DNA from: Octopus sinensis
Lineage: Eukaryota
NCBI RefSeq assembly: GCF_006345805.1
Contig: NC_042998.1
Location: 91,140,001-91,204,000 of the forward strand
DNA: 64,000 nt
Direction of reading: 5' to 3'
Shown here: piece by piece, positions 11,801-25,813 of the stretch
How positions within the stretch are numbered: position 1 is the first letter of the stretch
Layout of the letters: each line of letters opens with the position of its first letter
The notes under the pieces: model-generated
Seen by the model: the letters and a program-made list of their open reading frames with translations, nothing else
Databases searched by the model: none
Told to the model about the DNA's origin: nothing
Made by a program: the position numbers and the translations under genes

Positions 11801-13289
11801 ATCCTGTTGTTATGATTTTCAAAAGGAGCAAAAGTTTATCATAGACCTTGAGTTAAAGAAAATTGATTGGATAGAATGGAATGTATACCTACCCTAGTAT
11901 ATAGGTCCTGTACTAAACTAGCTTTAACTTGGCTGTTAAAAGTTTGTTAGAGATAGACTTCAAATGTAACAATTTATAGAAAGGAGAAAAGTACCTCTTT
12001 ATTTTGAGTATTTGGCCCTAGATATACTTAAGTAATGATGTTTGTTGTCATTTCTTTTATTATCTCCTTGTGCCATGTAGTCAATGGGATATATCTAAAC
12101 ATTCAATCAACAAACCTGAAGTCAGTATGACATAGCAGCATTCATTAAATATTTGAAGCTATTCGTCTTCCTCTTCCTTCCCATCTTTCACAAACATACA
12201 CATACAGAAACATCATAAACACTTCCACTATTTTCTCTCAGCTTTTCAGTTATAATTCTATTGAAGAAATACACTGAAAGTTATCCACTGGCTGGAAAAC
12301 AAAATTACTTTTAAATTCTATCAAATAATACATTTATATTACTGTCATTGACACTTTGAATATATTTTCTAATTATAAATGAAAGCTGAATTACTATAAA
12401 TAGCACCTCGTTATCTTACTAAACTGTTGGCATGTTTGCAGGTTTTCTCTGCTCTTCCTTTCAGTGACTAAGATTTTAATTAAAATATTCTTAGCCATCC
12501 ATAAATATGTCTATTTTTAGTGAATTTTATATATTATAAAATAGAATAGTTCTAAAAGTTCATTGATTCATTCATCTTTTCATCATTGTTTATTAACCTA
12601 TGCTAGCATTAATTAGACAAGGAGTTATTTTAAGGCAGGATTTTATGGTTGGATGCTCTTTCTATCATCAGCCTCCATCTGTTTTTTCATGTAAGGGAAA
12701 GGGAAGGGATAGCAATGTAAATGGTAAACTCACTCAGAACATCTTTTGCCCATCCCCTGCCTAGTTGTATCTTTATGTCAGCAAGGGATCTATTCTTCAG
12801 AACACCTATTACATCTTATTAGCAGATTATTGTATCTCACATTTTCCTCTATGATATATATTATCATCATTTACTGTTGATGTTCCATGGGTTGCATGCA
12901 TTAACTGGATCCAGTAGGCTCAAGGACTGCATCATGCTTTGGCATTGTTTCTATGGCTGGATGCCCTTCCTAACACCAATCACGTTACAGTATGTACTGG
13001 GTGCTTTTTTTGTTTTTTGTTTTGTACTACCAGCACTAGTGAGGTTCCCATACAACTTGCAACACTACAAGCCCTAAGGGAATGGCTTTCTGTTAAAAGT
13101 TGATAGTAAAAGTAAACAACAAGGAGACAAAACAGAACAGATCTCTTGCTCACTTTCCAAAATTTATGATTTCAGTCATTTCTAACACAGAAACACTTTG
13201 GAAATTACTTTCTCCAAATATTTCAACACAGACTTTCAAGGAAAGGATATAAATAAATAAATAACTACAAACTAATAATGAGATCAATT

Positions 13290-13497
13290 TAATCCTTTAA
13301 CATTTAAACTGGCCTTATCCAGCCCAGATATTCTACTTGTCTTATGTTCAAACTGGCCAAATCCAGCCTCTCACACCTACCCTACAATGTCATTCTAAAA
13401 ATAAGCAATCACATCTTTAAAAACTCAAAGCTACAAAATACTACATGATTAATTTTTTAAAACATTTGACAAAGTAATCTGAATACTAAAGAGTTAA
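13290..13497. mobile_element. piggyBac-like MITE (decayed)
   Basis: TTAA-TCCTTTAACATT ... AATACTAAAGAG-TTAA termini. A related copy lies at about 22890-23105. Confidence 0.55.
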
Positions 13498-16400
13498 ATA
13501 TACTCCCTGCTCTGCCCTCCCTCTCACATAACTTATGAAAGTGCCTTTTATTATAGCCTTGGGCTGACCAACACCTTAGAGTGAATCTGGTACATAGAAA
13601 CTGAAACTTGGGAGTATGTGTATAGATATATTATGGTGGACATCTACTCCTTGCAAAGCTTGACTACTTCTTTGTACCTATAATTGCTCTTTCATAGTAG
13701 GAGATCTGAAATGACTTTTGAGCTCTGAAAAGTATTTGTAAAGCTGATCACATGTCCTGTAACAATGTCTCATTTCAGCATGGCTCCATTTTCCGCTTGT
13801 TCATTATGAATGTTCAAGTGCCACTTCAATCCTCCTTGTGGCTTGCGGGTTTTTTGTCAGATATTGCGCGCGCGCACACACACACACAGACACAGAGTAT
13901 GTAGTATGTGTATATCTCTAACATGTGTTGGTTTGTTTGCATCTTCAAATTTAGTGGTTTTTTTAAAAACAGCCAGTCAGGCAGCACTGGCATTGGCCAC
14001 GTTCAGATGGTGCTTTTTACGGTAGCACATTAAAAGCACCATCCAAACATGGCTGATGTCAGTGCTGCCTGACTGGCTCCTGTGCCAGTGACATGTAAAA
14101 AGCACCCACTACACTCTTGAAGTGGTTGGCATTAGGAAGGGTATCTAGCTGTAGAAACATTGCCAAATCAGACTGGAGTCTGGAGCGGCCTCCTGGCTTG
14201 GCAGGCCCCAGTCAAACTGTCCAACCCATGCTACTATAGCATCTGCCAACCAAAGCCTTGTGAGTGGATTTGGTAGATTGAAACTGAAAGAAGCTCATTA
14301 TATGCTTGTGTTTTGCCTCTTTTTGATTGCTCATTAGTTGTAAATGCGCATCACCATCACACAGTGTCATTTGTTTTCAATCTTTTGTGAAAACATGCCC
14401 AGCCATAAGGAAATAGTATCTTGCTTAGAAACAGGTGAAGGTTGGTGACAGGAAGGGCATCCAGCCATAGAAAAATCTACCTCAACGAGTGTGTATGTTG
14501 ATTTTTCATTTTCTTGTGTAACCCAAGTGGTGCTGACTCTAAAATTATAACTGGTTGCTCCATGCCTTTGAAAACTGCTGGAATATAAAAATCTCCTACC
14601 TGACAAACAGGTGATGGTTGGCAACACAAAAAGCATCCAACCATGTGGTACTTCAAATTAGTCCCCATTCTGATCCATGCTAACATCAAACAACAGACAA
14701 TGAATGAACAATTGTTTCTTGCTTTAAGCTTTTTTCTTGGACAGTTTGACAGGGCTGCATTGAACTCCATGCATGGTTTCTGTAACTGGATGCACTTTCT
14801 AATGCCAACCACTTTTCAATGTATACTGACTAGGTGCTTTTATTGTGCCACCAGCTCTAGTGAGGTGGCCATGTATCTTGCAAGGCAAGGAAAGGCAAAA
14901 GATGGCTAGACAATGTTTACATAGGGGCTTAGTGATCAATTTCTGTTTTCTAACCTTTTTCCATAGCTCAACAATGCTCAGGTCCCAAGGTTGACAAATT
15001 TAAAGAGCTTGCATGTTGTCTGTTCTTTAATAACTTGACTATTATATTGTTTTAGCTATTTTAGTTTCATCCTCTTGCTGTTATAATGTCAGCAATAGCA
15101 ATACTTAGCTTTGTTTGGAAAGCAGATTTCTCTCCCCAGCCTCTCTCCTGCTTTTAATAAAGAACAACTTTGTATTTCTTCTCTTTAAAATGTTCAAAAA
15201 TTCCCTCTTTAACTGATTTCAGTGTTTTAAGATAACATCACCATCTAGTGTTTTATAATCTATTGGAGTTAAACTGAAATGTTTGTGCTTCTATGTCATA
15301 ATCATTCTATTTTAAGAGTAACGATTGTGCTTTTATCCACTTTTCCTTTAAGTTGGGTTATACAAACATTTTGTTTGAAGCAAAACAAAAACACAGTATA
15401 ACTTGATAATGTGTTAACTTTCCCAACTTTTATCTTTTCTCTGGTCATCTAGGCTCATTTAAAAGGCGGGCTTAAGAATGTTTTGTTCAGTTCTCTGTTC
15501 TCAGGTTGATAAAACATGTTTTAGATATATTTTATATCAATGTTTAAACTTCTGCTCTGCAACATTTTGATAAAAACTCTAACTTCTTGTATCTTTATTA
15601 TCAGTTTTTAAATTTTAAACTATTAATCCTCTTTTTTAATTAAGTGCTTCCTCTCTCAAAATGTATGTGCATAATTATTATTTTTAATATGTCCTAATAC
15701 AAATATTTTTAAAAAGTTAGTAAATAAAATGTTTGTGCCTTTTTAGGAAATTTGTTGGTGCAGGTGTGGCTATGTGGTTAAAAAGTTTACTTCCCAACAA
15801 CATGGTTTTGGGTTCGGTACCACTGCATGGCATCTTAGTCTTCTACTTATAATGCTTGGTGCTGACTAAAGCCTTATTAGTGGATTTGAGCAATGGAAAC
15901 TAGAAGCCCATTGTCTGTATATATTGAGCAACCATTGCTCAATATAGAAAAAGCCCATTGTTTGTATATATTGAGTAATGGAAACTAGAAGAAGCCCATT
16001 GTATATATTTGTGTTTCCTTGTCTTGTCAGCACATGTTAGTTGTAAATGTGTGTCACTGCCATGCAAGCAGTGTCGTTAATTTCCAGTAGTTTGCAAAAA
16101 CATATCTGACCATGAGGAAATATCACCTTGCTTGGAAAAAGGTGGAAGATGGTCGCATGAAGGGCACCTGGTTGTAGAAAATCTATCTCAATAAATTGTC
16201 CAACTCATGCAAGCATGGAAAAGTAACTGATGTGCTGGTGGCGGTGGTGGTGGTGGTGATGATGATGATGATACTTGCTTGGAAAATAGTTGAAACTGTA
16301 AATATGCTAAAATTTACAGCTTCTATATCCATTACAATACTCTGAAATTAATACTTCGTATACATTGTTATAAATCTTTGTTTCCCTAACTGCTACATCC

Positions 16401-16743
16401 CCACCTTCTTAGAATATTATTTTGTTGGCATTAGAGAATTTATAATTTGCTTTTTGTCTTGTATTTATTTACAACGTAGTTACTTAAAACCAAGTTCTTT
16501 TGTATGTGTAAAGTTAACGCCCACTCAGAGTTTCCAATATCTACTGCTGGCTACTTTATCTATATTTCAGATTCTTTTTTCTTCTCAGAACTTTGCTTTA
16601 TAGCTGGCATTTATTGTCAGTGTTGCCAAGGGAAGCTGTAAAACAGTTGTTCTGGACTACCAGCTTCCAGTTTACTGTACATTTATGGTAGTGAAACTTC
16701 AACTCTCTTGTTCTAATACACTTGTAGTTGTGTATTTTATTAG

Positions 16744-16781
<38 letters not shown>

Positions 16782-19274
16782 CAAGGAAGCAAATTGCTTT
16801 GTGTTTCTTTAATAAGTTTAATGTAAAAAAAATGTAATTTTATTTTTTTCCTTATGTTAAATTGTTCTCCAAGAAATCTCACAGGGGAGTAACAGAAGTA
16901 GTAGTCATGTTAGATGATAGGCAGCTATGTACTATATACAGTGGGAGAAGTATAGTTTATTTTTTATTGAGATTGTAGCAAAGAAAAATAGGTTTTTTTA
17001 GAGAATGAATATGGAATATGGTGGATTGATTTGATAATGAGGAAGAAATGGTCAAGGATGTGTTACAGAATAATATATCTTAGGTTCTGGAACATATGGG
17101 GATTGATACAACACTTACTGTATAATAAACTAATATAAACATAGACTAAAATAGCAATAGTACTGTTTATCAAAGATAATTCTTCCTTGTTTGCTAACTG
17201 AAATACAAATGATGCTCTAATTTATATTGATAATTTCAGAAAGAACATTTTTATAGTGGAAGAGCTCAGTATCCACATTGAAAATTATCCATTTGGCTAG
17301 TTCAGTATCTCTGGTGGATATGGCTGGCTATGACAAAAGAATATTGTTAATTAACTATTGTTAACTGATTAAAACTGTTGATCAGCTAATTATATACTGT
17401 TATTTGAAGAAAGTAATGTAGAATTATTTTTGGAGACTAAGTGCAAAGTAAGCAACACATTTAGAAAGGGGTATGTAAAAAAGTCTGGTGTTAATCTGGA
17501 TGCTGTTACATGATGTACCCATTATGATATATATATATACATTGTGCACATTTAAAAAGTACATTAGTATTACACTTGTTTTATTGGCTATAAAGAATTT
17601 GTAATTTACTGATAAGACCTACTACTGGTACCATGTAAACCAGTAGTATCTGTTCTATGGTCAAGTGGTCAACAAATGAACAGCTCCCTCACTTGAGTAG
17701 CTTGCTATTCTTATGAGAGGAGGGTGTCTAGACACTTTGCTATTCTTATGAGAGGAAGGTGTCTAGACACTAAAAACAAGACCTGATGAAGGATGGATGA
17801 TCTCCTTGTGGGCCAATGGTCATCCAGTTGGGGAAGACAATAGCAAACCACCTTAATGTTTCTGCCAAGAAAACACTATGAGAAAGTCAGAATAAAGTAA
17901 TGCTCTGACTTCATCCACTGGGAGAGCTTATGCTTGGAAAGACTTTCATTGTGATGCAAAAAGCCTATGATACAGTGAGTATTATACTGGGTTTAAGTTT
18001 GCTATAATGTCCACTTATTAAAATAGGTCTTCTGATAAATCATTTAGAGGTTACTCAGCAAAATGTGAAAATGAAATGAAGGGTGGAGCTTGCATGTGTA
18101 ATCAAGGCCAAGCCTTGCTATAAAAATTTGTTGTTAATTAGTGAGGCAATTATGAAAGTCTATGGTTGCTGAAAACCTTTATGTGAATTGAGGTAGCACT
18201 TATACTCACTTTAAAATATAATCAGATCAAACAGGAAACATTTATCTCTGATAACAGTTTTGTTATTTAATTTTTTGGAGATAGAACAAATAGATTTTAT
18301 AGGGTAAGAAATATAGCTAGAGTTGGGAATCAAAACAAGGCTATATAGTTTCAGCTTGCTTGGAGATTGCTTCTGCACTACTCAAATTCTTAAAAAGTAG
18401 GGAGGATGTACTGAAGTTATGAAGTTACAAAGCACTAAAAGCTTATAGACCCAATAGGTGGTGGCAGGGAGAAGTGGAGTAGGGAGAGAGGAAAACTTGT
18501 AATATAGGGCTGAATTGAGATACAAATAGGATGAAGTTTGGATTTTTACCAATACGTGGGACAGATGCCATATTTCTGATGTAACTGCATGGGGTACTTG
18601 AGAATGAACATACTAACACCATCAAGAATTTATCTGATCATGGACTAGAATGCTAATTATATAAAAACAAAGTTTCTTGATTAATCTGAATTAACTCTTA
18701 ACTTTCACTATAGTTTGATTGCAAATTATAAAAATTGAACAGCTACTGTTAATTAAAACAATTTAATCCTATACCCAATGCTATTATACATTTACTCAGA
18801 GCTTACTTTGAATACAACAGTTACTAAGCAACCTAACCTTACTTTATTGTTTACTCAAAGCATTAAACATTTTGACTTTTAAAATATTTTAAAGATTTTT
18901 AAATTTTCCTCCACCCAAAGTTTGAGTTTATATGGTTTTTAGTATCTAATTTCTCCTTCATACAATATCACTCTTTCTCCTTCTCTCTCTTTTTCTCTTA
19001 TGTTTACACTTACTCTGTTTTCTCTCCTTGCCTCTCATAGTGTATATCAATATTTTTCTCATTTCTCTACACCTTCTCACTTTTCCCCACTTTGTTTTGT
19101 TCATATCTGAGATGTGAATACAATATATTTTATTTATTTTATATAAGATTATATATTAACTCAACCAATGTTTGCATCTGTTATTGAATGTTACAAAAAA
19201 TACTTATTTGTTTTATTTAAATTCCATTACATGTTGCTTAATTGATTATATCTGTTTTTATCATCTTTTTTCAG

Positions 19275-19702
19275 CTCGATTTGGATTTAGCCGTATCTTG
19301 TCACCATTAATTATGTCTTCTGGTCCTATACACCAAACCAACATGATGATGTCTGGTAGTGAAACGAACTTCAACCAATCTGGCGTCTACTCTATGGCAT
19401 TTGTAACGGTGCCTGATATTAATGTAGCCAAACATATTGCTGGGGGTTTGGTCCGAGAAAAGCTAGCAGCTTGTGTCAATATAATACCTGGTATTATTTC
19501 TGTGTATGAATGGGAAAATGAAGTAAATGAAGACCCTGAAATATTATTGATGATAAAGACCCGGACTTCTCGGGTCAATGATGTTGTTGAATTTGTTCGT
19601 GGCAACCACCCATATGATGTTGCAGAGGTAATATCAACACCAATTGATAAAGGCAATGCTCCATATCTTAAATGGATTGCAGATATTGTACCACAAAAGT
19701 AA
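19275..19702 (+). CDS. CUTA: CutA terminal coding exon carrying the whole CutA1 domain
   Basis: SMAFVTVPDINVAKHIAGGLVREKLAACVNIIPGIISVYEWENEVNEDPEILLMIKT...HPYDVAEVISTPIDKGNAPYLKWI is a clear CutA1 match. Acceptor CTTTTTTCAG ends at 19274 (phase 1); TAA stop at 19700-19702. Confidence 0.95.
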
Positions 19703-19775
19703 TTTTAATAGAGTAATTTACTTCTGAAGTTGAAGTTTGTGTAAACCATCTAGACATTTAAAGAGACTTAACTGA

Positions 19776-19781
19776 AATAAA
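19776..19781 (+). terminator. Candidate polyadenylation signal of CutA
   Basis: First AATAAA after the stop codon (74 nt downstream), followed by T-rich sequence. Confidence 0.45.
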
Positions 19782-21885
19782 ATGTTCTTATTTTCTATCT
19801 TGGAATTTGTGCTCTGCATCAGTATTAATTTATCAAACTAGTAGAACTAAGCACAGTAAAATTATTCTGAAATTTAAAGTTCTAATACTTTTTGTAAAAG
19901 TGACTTAGTAAATTATTGAGAACAAACATTTTTTTTTAAAGCTACATTATTGAAAAGCATTTACTGAGTAGGAATATTGAAGAATTAAATGCCTACTTTT
20001 CTTTTTTAAAAATGTTTGTCAGTATTTATTGCTTTGTTTCTTTTATTTTTTCTATATTTTCCCCTTCTTTTCATATTATATCTCTTGATTTAGTTAATTC
20101 ACACGGTGAGTAAAAGATATCAGCAAACCTGTATAACAAATGTGAAAGTTAATTAAAGCAATAGACTAATTGCTACAGGGTTTTGGACATCGTTCTTCAA
20201 ACATAATACATTATTAAATCCTAAAAGTACTCAAGAAAACCTGCCCACCACAACAGAATTGAGATCCTAATACCAAGGTACCACATGATAAAGTATTGGT
20301 GTGGGTGCTGATGCCATGTAAAAATCACTGGTGATGGTGCCATGTAAAAAGCACCAAGTACACTCTGTAAAACGGTTGGCATTAGGAAGGGAATCCTGCT
20401 GTAGAAACCAAACCAAAACAATATAGAACCAGGTGTCACCCCTGACCTTATCAGTTCCTGTCAAGCCATGCCAGCATGGAAAATGGACGTTAAATGTTGA
20501 TACTTGATGATGATGTTGTACTGAAATGATCAAATTAATTGAGAGACAAATAATAGTTTCTTTTTGTCAGCTTGTCTGAAGAAATACCATTTCCTCATTG
20601 TTTTAACTCCCACTTTTCCATGTTTACATGAATCGTGGAATTTGTTGAGGCAGATTTTCTTCAGATGGATGCCCTTCCTGTTGCCAAACCTCACCTGTTT
20701 CCATACAAGATAATATTTTTCCCATGGCCATACAAGCTTTTCACAGAAGACTGGAAATGAATAACATCACTTGTATGACAAGGGCACACACTCTCACACA
20801 CACACACACAACAGTTAAATCCAGTTCTCATCTACCAAACCCACTCAAAAGGTTTTGGTTAGCCCAGGGCTATAATAGAAGGTGCCATGCAGTGGGATTG
20901 AACCTGAGACCATATAGCTGGTAAGCAAGATTCTCAACTACACAGCCTCACCTATGCATGTGTGTGTGTATCAGCTCTATAAATATTCTGTAAGAAATAT
21001 AAGAAATGTTATTTGGCTGTAATAATATCTTAGAGTAGCACAAGCTACCTAGTAACATCAGATGTTAGCTAGAACTTAGAGACGTTTATTACACACATTC
21101 TATTGATGTTATAGGAAAGGTATAAAAGAGCCAGGGGTGGTATTTTGTATAGAATATTATCCTGACACTTGAGATGGCAAATGCTGTAAGGTATTTTTTA
21201 GTGCCAACAAAGAATACTTTGTTCAAGTAGTAGAATATGTTTATTCTAATCTGAAACCCTTTCCAACTTAGCTAGAAATAGATTAGCTTCAATATCACAA
21301 CTAAAATGCCTTCATGAAACCCTAACACCATGGAGTAGCATCTTATGTAAACTTAACTGAATCTGATAAATTATGGTGATAACATGGCTCAAAAATTATA
21401 GGAATTTCTTTGTATTAATAATAATATTATGAATACACGTTTTTTGCTGTTACTCCTAATAGAAATAAATACATGGCATACATGTCTTAGTTACAAAACT
21501 TTTGAAGAACTTAGACTAAATATACATGGAATTGTTTTGTGCCCTGGCATAGGTGTGGTTGTGTGGTAAGAAGTTTGCTTCCCAACAACATGGGTTTAAG
21601 TTCAGTCCCACTGCATGGCAGCTTGAGCTGACCAAAGCTTTGTGAGCAGAAAGAAGTCCATTGTGTGTGTTTATCTTTATGTCTAGGTTTGTCCTCCACC
21701 ACCACTTGCCAATCGGTGTTGGTGTGTTTACGTCCCTGTAACTTAGTGATTTGGCAAAACAGATCAATAGAATAAGTACCAGGCTTTAAATTAATTTGAC
21801 TAAAAATTCTCCATGGCAGTCCAGTACCTCAGCATGGCCACAATCTAATGACTGAAACAAGTAAAAGATAAAAAATATCCTACAT

Positions 21886-22050
21886 AGGTGCAGGAGTGAC
21901 TGTGTGGTAAGTAGCTTGCTTACCAACCACATGGTTCTGGGTTCAGTTCAACTGCATGCCACCTTGGGCAAGTGTCTTCTACTATAGCCTCAGGCCAACC
22001 AAAGCCTTGTGAGTAGTTTTGGTAGACAGAAAACTGAAAAAAGCCCGTCG
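21886..22050 (+). mobile_element. tRNA-headed SINE with CORE-like CCTTGGGCAAGTGTC, CpG-decayed copy
   Basis: AGGTGCAGGAGTGACTGTGTGGTAAG...GGTTCAGTT...CCTTGGGCAAGTGTCTTCTACTATAGCC. More than 15 copies lie across the window (e.g. about 3650, 8160, 9600, 10130, 15755, 24450, 26040, 32580, 37605, 56255). Confidence 0.85.
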
Positions 22051-23508
22051 TATATATATATAATAATAATGTAAATATAAAATATATATACATGCATATA
22101 TACATACATATGTGTACATACATATATATTTGCGTATATGGGTACAGGACGTCACAAAACGTAAACAACATGAATTATGAAAACATGAACTACAAAGGCA
22201 AACTTGGGTATGCAAATGATGAGAGAAACAAATGGAAAAGTAACTTAAAGAACGATCCTTCATCAGTTGTTGGCTGTTCATCTTCTCCACATTTCGAGCA
22301 ATTAACAACAATATGAGGCTTCAAAAAACAGTTGCTCCCGCAAAATAAAATAAAATTTGGGATTTGCGGAGGGTCAAAGTTGGTAACAAAAACAAGACAG
22401 TGGAGACATACAACAAACCAAACGAAAACAAAGATGGAGGGCCATTAGGCTAGATGAGGTAAGGTAATGAACACTGGAGGAGTATGGTTTGGCAAGAGAA
22501 AAGATAGAGGAGCCAGATAAGAATGCGTCTGGTGTATGTGACAGACTAAAGGAAAAGAAAGATGAATGATGGTCAGATGTGAGCAAGGAGAGAGAATAAA
22601 GGAGGAAGAGGGAGAGAGAGAGAGACAGAAAACGGTGAAGGGGAGAAAGAAGAATTAGAGAAAGGAAGAGAGAGAGAACTAATGTTTATGTGTCTGTGTT
22701 TGACAACCGCTGCTGGTGCATTTACGTCCCTGTAACTTAGCAGTTCAACTAAAGAGACCTATAGAATAAGTACTAAATTTACAAAGAATAAGTCTTGGGG
22801 TTGATTTGCTCAAATAAAGGTGGTGGTCCAGCATGGCCACTGTCAAATGACTGAAACAAGTGAAAGAATAAAGAAATAGTCACGTTGTTAATTCTTTATC
22901 ATTCAAATAACTCTGTCAAATGTAAAGCTTCTATATTCATTTTGATTAGAATTAATCATGCATTATCTTGTGGCTGCGAGATTTTGATTATATGATTGGT
23001 TATTTTTTAGAATGACATTGTAGGGAAGATGTGAAAGGTTGGCTCTGGCCAGTTTGAACATATGAAACAGGTAGAATATTTTGGCTGGATATGGCAGTTT
23101 AAATTCTCACTGTCTCTTCAATACTAGGGAGAACATTGCTAATTTGAGAACATGTAAAGTGGGAAGTAGTTTTCCCAAAGAAATGTTATAGTAATTGGGA
23201 TTTTGGTTCTTATCAAACAATTTCAACCTAAATTTTTGCAAGATGAACAAAAAAAAACCAAATAAAACTGCTGAAAGATGCCTTGTTAATGTTTGCTTCC
23301 TGATAAGAGAATAACAAATTGAATTGAAGCAAATTAGTGCCAAGTAAGGGAGGCTGGAAGTTTCTGGCTCTTACCAAATGTAACTTGGCCTTTGGCTCAG
23401 CTGTCAGGCACATTCACAACTGCTCAAACATTGATTTGGAGCAGCACGTACTGAGTTGCATGTGAATTTTTTTTCTTTAATTACATGAAAAATAAGTTTT
23501 GCTTATTT

Positions 23509-23618
23509 TTACCTCAGAAAATTCTCAGATGCAGTTTTCCAAACAGGAATCTTTGAAAGTGGGAATAACTTACACGCTGTAAATGACGTTTTCATTAAAA
23601 CATGCACTGAGGAGTATT
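23509..23618 (-). CDS. Candidate terminal coding exon of an unidentified - strand gene (EYSSVHVLMKTSFTACKLFPLSKIPVWKTASENFLR*)
   Basis: Acceptor AAATTCTACAG. The only open frame is phase 1, which matches the donor phase at 24935. Stop at 23511-23509. No recognised homology. Confidence 0.3.
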
Positions 23619-23934
23619 CTGTAGAATTTATGTTCACTTGTTACTCTTGAACAGCTTCTGGTTTTTTTTTTTGTCATTAGTTATTAGTGGTATTTATTTT
23701 GTCTAAGTAAGGAGAAGTTGATGCTCTTTCATCATCATTATCATTTCTAACATTCACTTCTCATGCAAAGTAATATTTCCTTCATGACAGGACATTTTTT
23801 TTTTTTATGGAAGATAGGAAACAAATGACACTGCTTGACACTGCATTACACTCATTTTACAGATGTCACATGATGTCAAGATAAGGAGGTACGCACATAT
23901 GTGTGTGTATATGTATTTATATATATATATATAT

Positions 23935-24224
23935 AACAATTGCAGCGTAGGTGTTTATAAGCCATTTAAGAAACACACAAAAACCGTTAGATTCACTTCA
24001 ACATTTAAATTTAATTTGTCAAAATATTTTTGTCGCTTTGAGACCGCGACCTGTTCGCTGACAAAACTTTGTGCTGATGCAGCACAGAATTTTGTCAGAG
24101 AACAGATTGCAGTCTCAAAGCGACAAAAATATTTTGACAAATTAAATTTAAATGTTAAAGTGAATCTAATGCTTTTTGTGTGTTTCTTAAATGGCTTATA
24201 AACACCTTCCACGCTGCAATTGTT
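23935..24224. repeat. 290-bp near-perfect palindrome (fold-back) with a 3-nt loop
   Basis: AACAATTGCAGCGT...TGTGCTG-ATG-CAGCACA...ACGCTGCAATTGTT. The arms are about 143 bp with scattered mismatches, and CpGs are retained. Confidence 0.92.
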
Positions 24225-24934
24225 TTCGTTCCAGCACACGATCTCAGATCAAGTCACTCGCTATGCAAGTACATCTCCGTAATATATATATATATATCGT
24301 CATCATTGTTTTAACATTCATTTTTCTATGCTTGCATGGATCAGATGGAATTTGTTGAGATGGATTTTCTAAGGTGAGATGACTTTCCTGTCATCAACAA
24401 CATGACTAGGCTCACACACACACACACATATGTATGCCTGTATATATTTGTGACAGGTTTCTTTCAGTTACTGTCTACCATATCCACTCACAAAGCCTTG
24501 CTCTGCTCAGGACCCTGGTAGTAGGCACTTGCTCAAAGTGCTATGCACTGAAACTGACCCCAAAATTATGTGTTTAGGAAGTAAACTTCTGAACCCCACA
24601 GCAATATCTGTGTCTATAAATTGTAGAATTTATATTGTGTGCATTAACATAAACTTTGGTCTCATTAATTCCAGTGACTAAATTTACTTTATGAAATGCT
24701 AACATACCAAGTTTGATTTATTTATAAGATTAGTTAGGGTTAAGCTTTGGAAACAGTAGATTAAACAAATCTATCTAATCTGGTGTTTGATACATCTCAA
24801 GTTAGATATTATTGGTACTTAATTGCTGACAATTGATGAAATATAAACCAGTAATATACTTTTCAAAACAAGAACCAAAAGCATATTGAAAAACAAGTTC
24901 ACCAATTTGTTGTTTGATGTTGTTCAAATCTTAC

Positions 24935-25121
24935 CTAAAGTCATTGAGAATTCATGATTTTTCTGCCTAAGCTGCTCATAGAAATCTGATAGTTCACGTG
25001 TGTGTGTGTGTAGATACACCTGAAGCAGACTTGGTGTAGAGAAGGCATGCCATTGATGAGGTTGCAAATGACAAGAAAAGGACTTCGATAAATGTAGTTG
25101 ATGGATCAATTTGTTAACTAA
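24935..25121 (-). CDS. Candidate internal exon of the same unidentified gene (LVNKLIHQLHL...VYLHTHTRELSDFYEQLRQKNHEFSMTL)
   Basis: A 62-codon open frame ends exactly at a consensus AG|GTAAGA donor. Alternative acceptors at 25122 and 25020 are both in frame. It includes a short (CA)n, which weakens the case. Confidence 0.33.
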
Positions 25122-25813
25122 CTGACCGAAAGTAATAAAAGAGGTGAACAGGCCCAGTGTGTGTGTTTATTAGCATAGTGACCCTCACTAAATACCAAAA
25201 AATCTGTTTCAAGTTCACATTGAGAATTTGCAAACCAAATTTAAAGATGAAATATATGCTCCAGCATGACTGCAGTCTGAAATGTGTATGTGTGTTTAAT
25301 CATTTAAAGTCCATGTTCTAGGCCGGTATATATATATATAAAACTGTTATTGAATGGTACCTTGAGAATTAGACTATATATTTTATGTTATCTGTTTCAT
25401 TGTATCAGTTCAGTTAGGTCCAATTGGTTCAGTAGTAATACTTATAGCTAAATGTAATTTTATCAATTTGGTACCATTGCGCTCCTATCCAATATCTTTT
25501 GAGTTCTGTCTGCTCTGTTACTTTCCAAAACATAATATCATAAACATTCCTACAGGATTCTTCTTTTCATTTTGGCATGAAATCATGATGCTAGTTTATA
25601 TATATTCTCCTCAACCTTATGATAAGCAGCCAAGAATTTTAACCTAGCTTAGTATTTGTACTGAAATAACTGTTGTAAAAGCCTGAATTGTTATATATCA
25701 CTAGTGAGTGATCAGTTAGATACATGACAGGTTTGTCTTTTGTTAAATGTTGTTTCTTTAGGCTGTGTTTTAAATTTTACTTAAAAATAAGTTATTTTAA
25801 AAGTTGTCATTAA

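Noticed and set aside
17700-17771. 36-bp perfect-looking direct repeat
   Set aside because: Two copies with no spacer inside a LINE remnant; a simple slippage duplication.
17780-17830. CCTGATGAAGG hammerhead-like start
   Set aside because: The short stem is not followed by GAAA. It lies in a decayed LINE-like remnant.
19172-19274. N-terminal 34 aa of the 176-aa ORF in the track
   Set aside because: It starts at TTG in AT-rich intronic sequence upstream of a clear acceptor. The real N-terminus is supplied by the exons at 8636-8868.
22200-22330. CTGATGA and CGAAA on the - strand, suggesting a hammerhead ribozyme
   Set aside because: Stem II and stem III pairing and the UH cleavage triplet could not be formed.
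25350-25740. Coding-like stretch on the - strand (LKFLAAYHKVEENIYKL; YDIMFWKVTEQTELKRYW)
   Set aside because: Stops in all frames and no phase-compatible splice sites linking it to neighbouring candidate exons.
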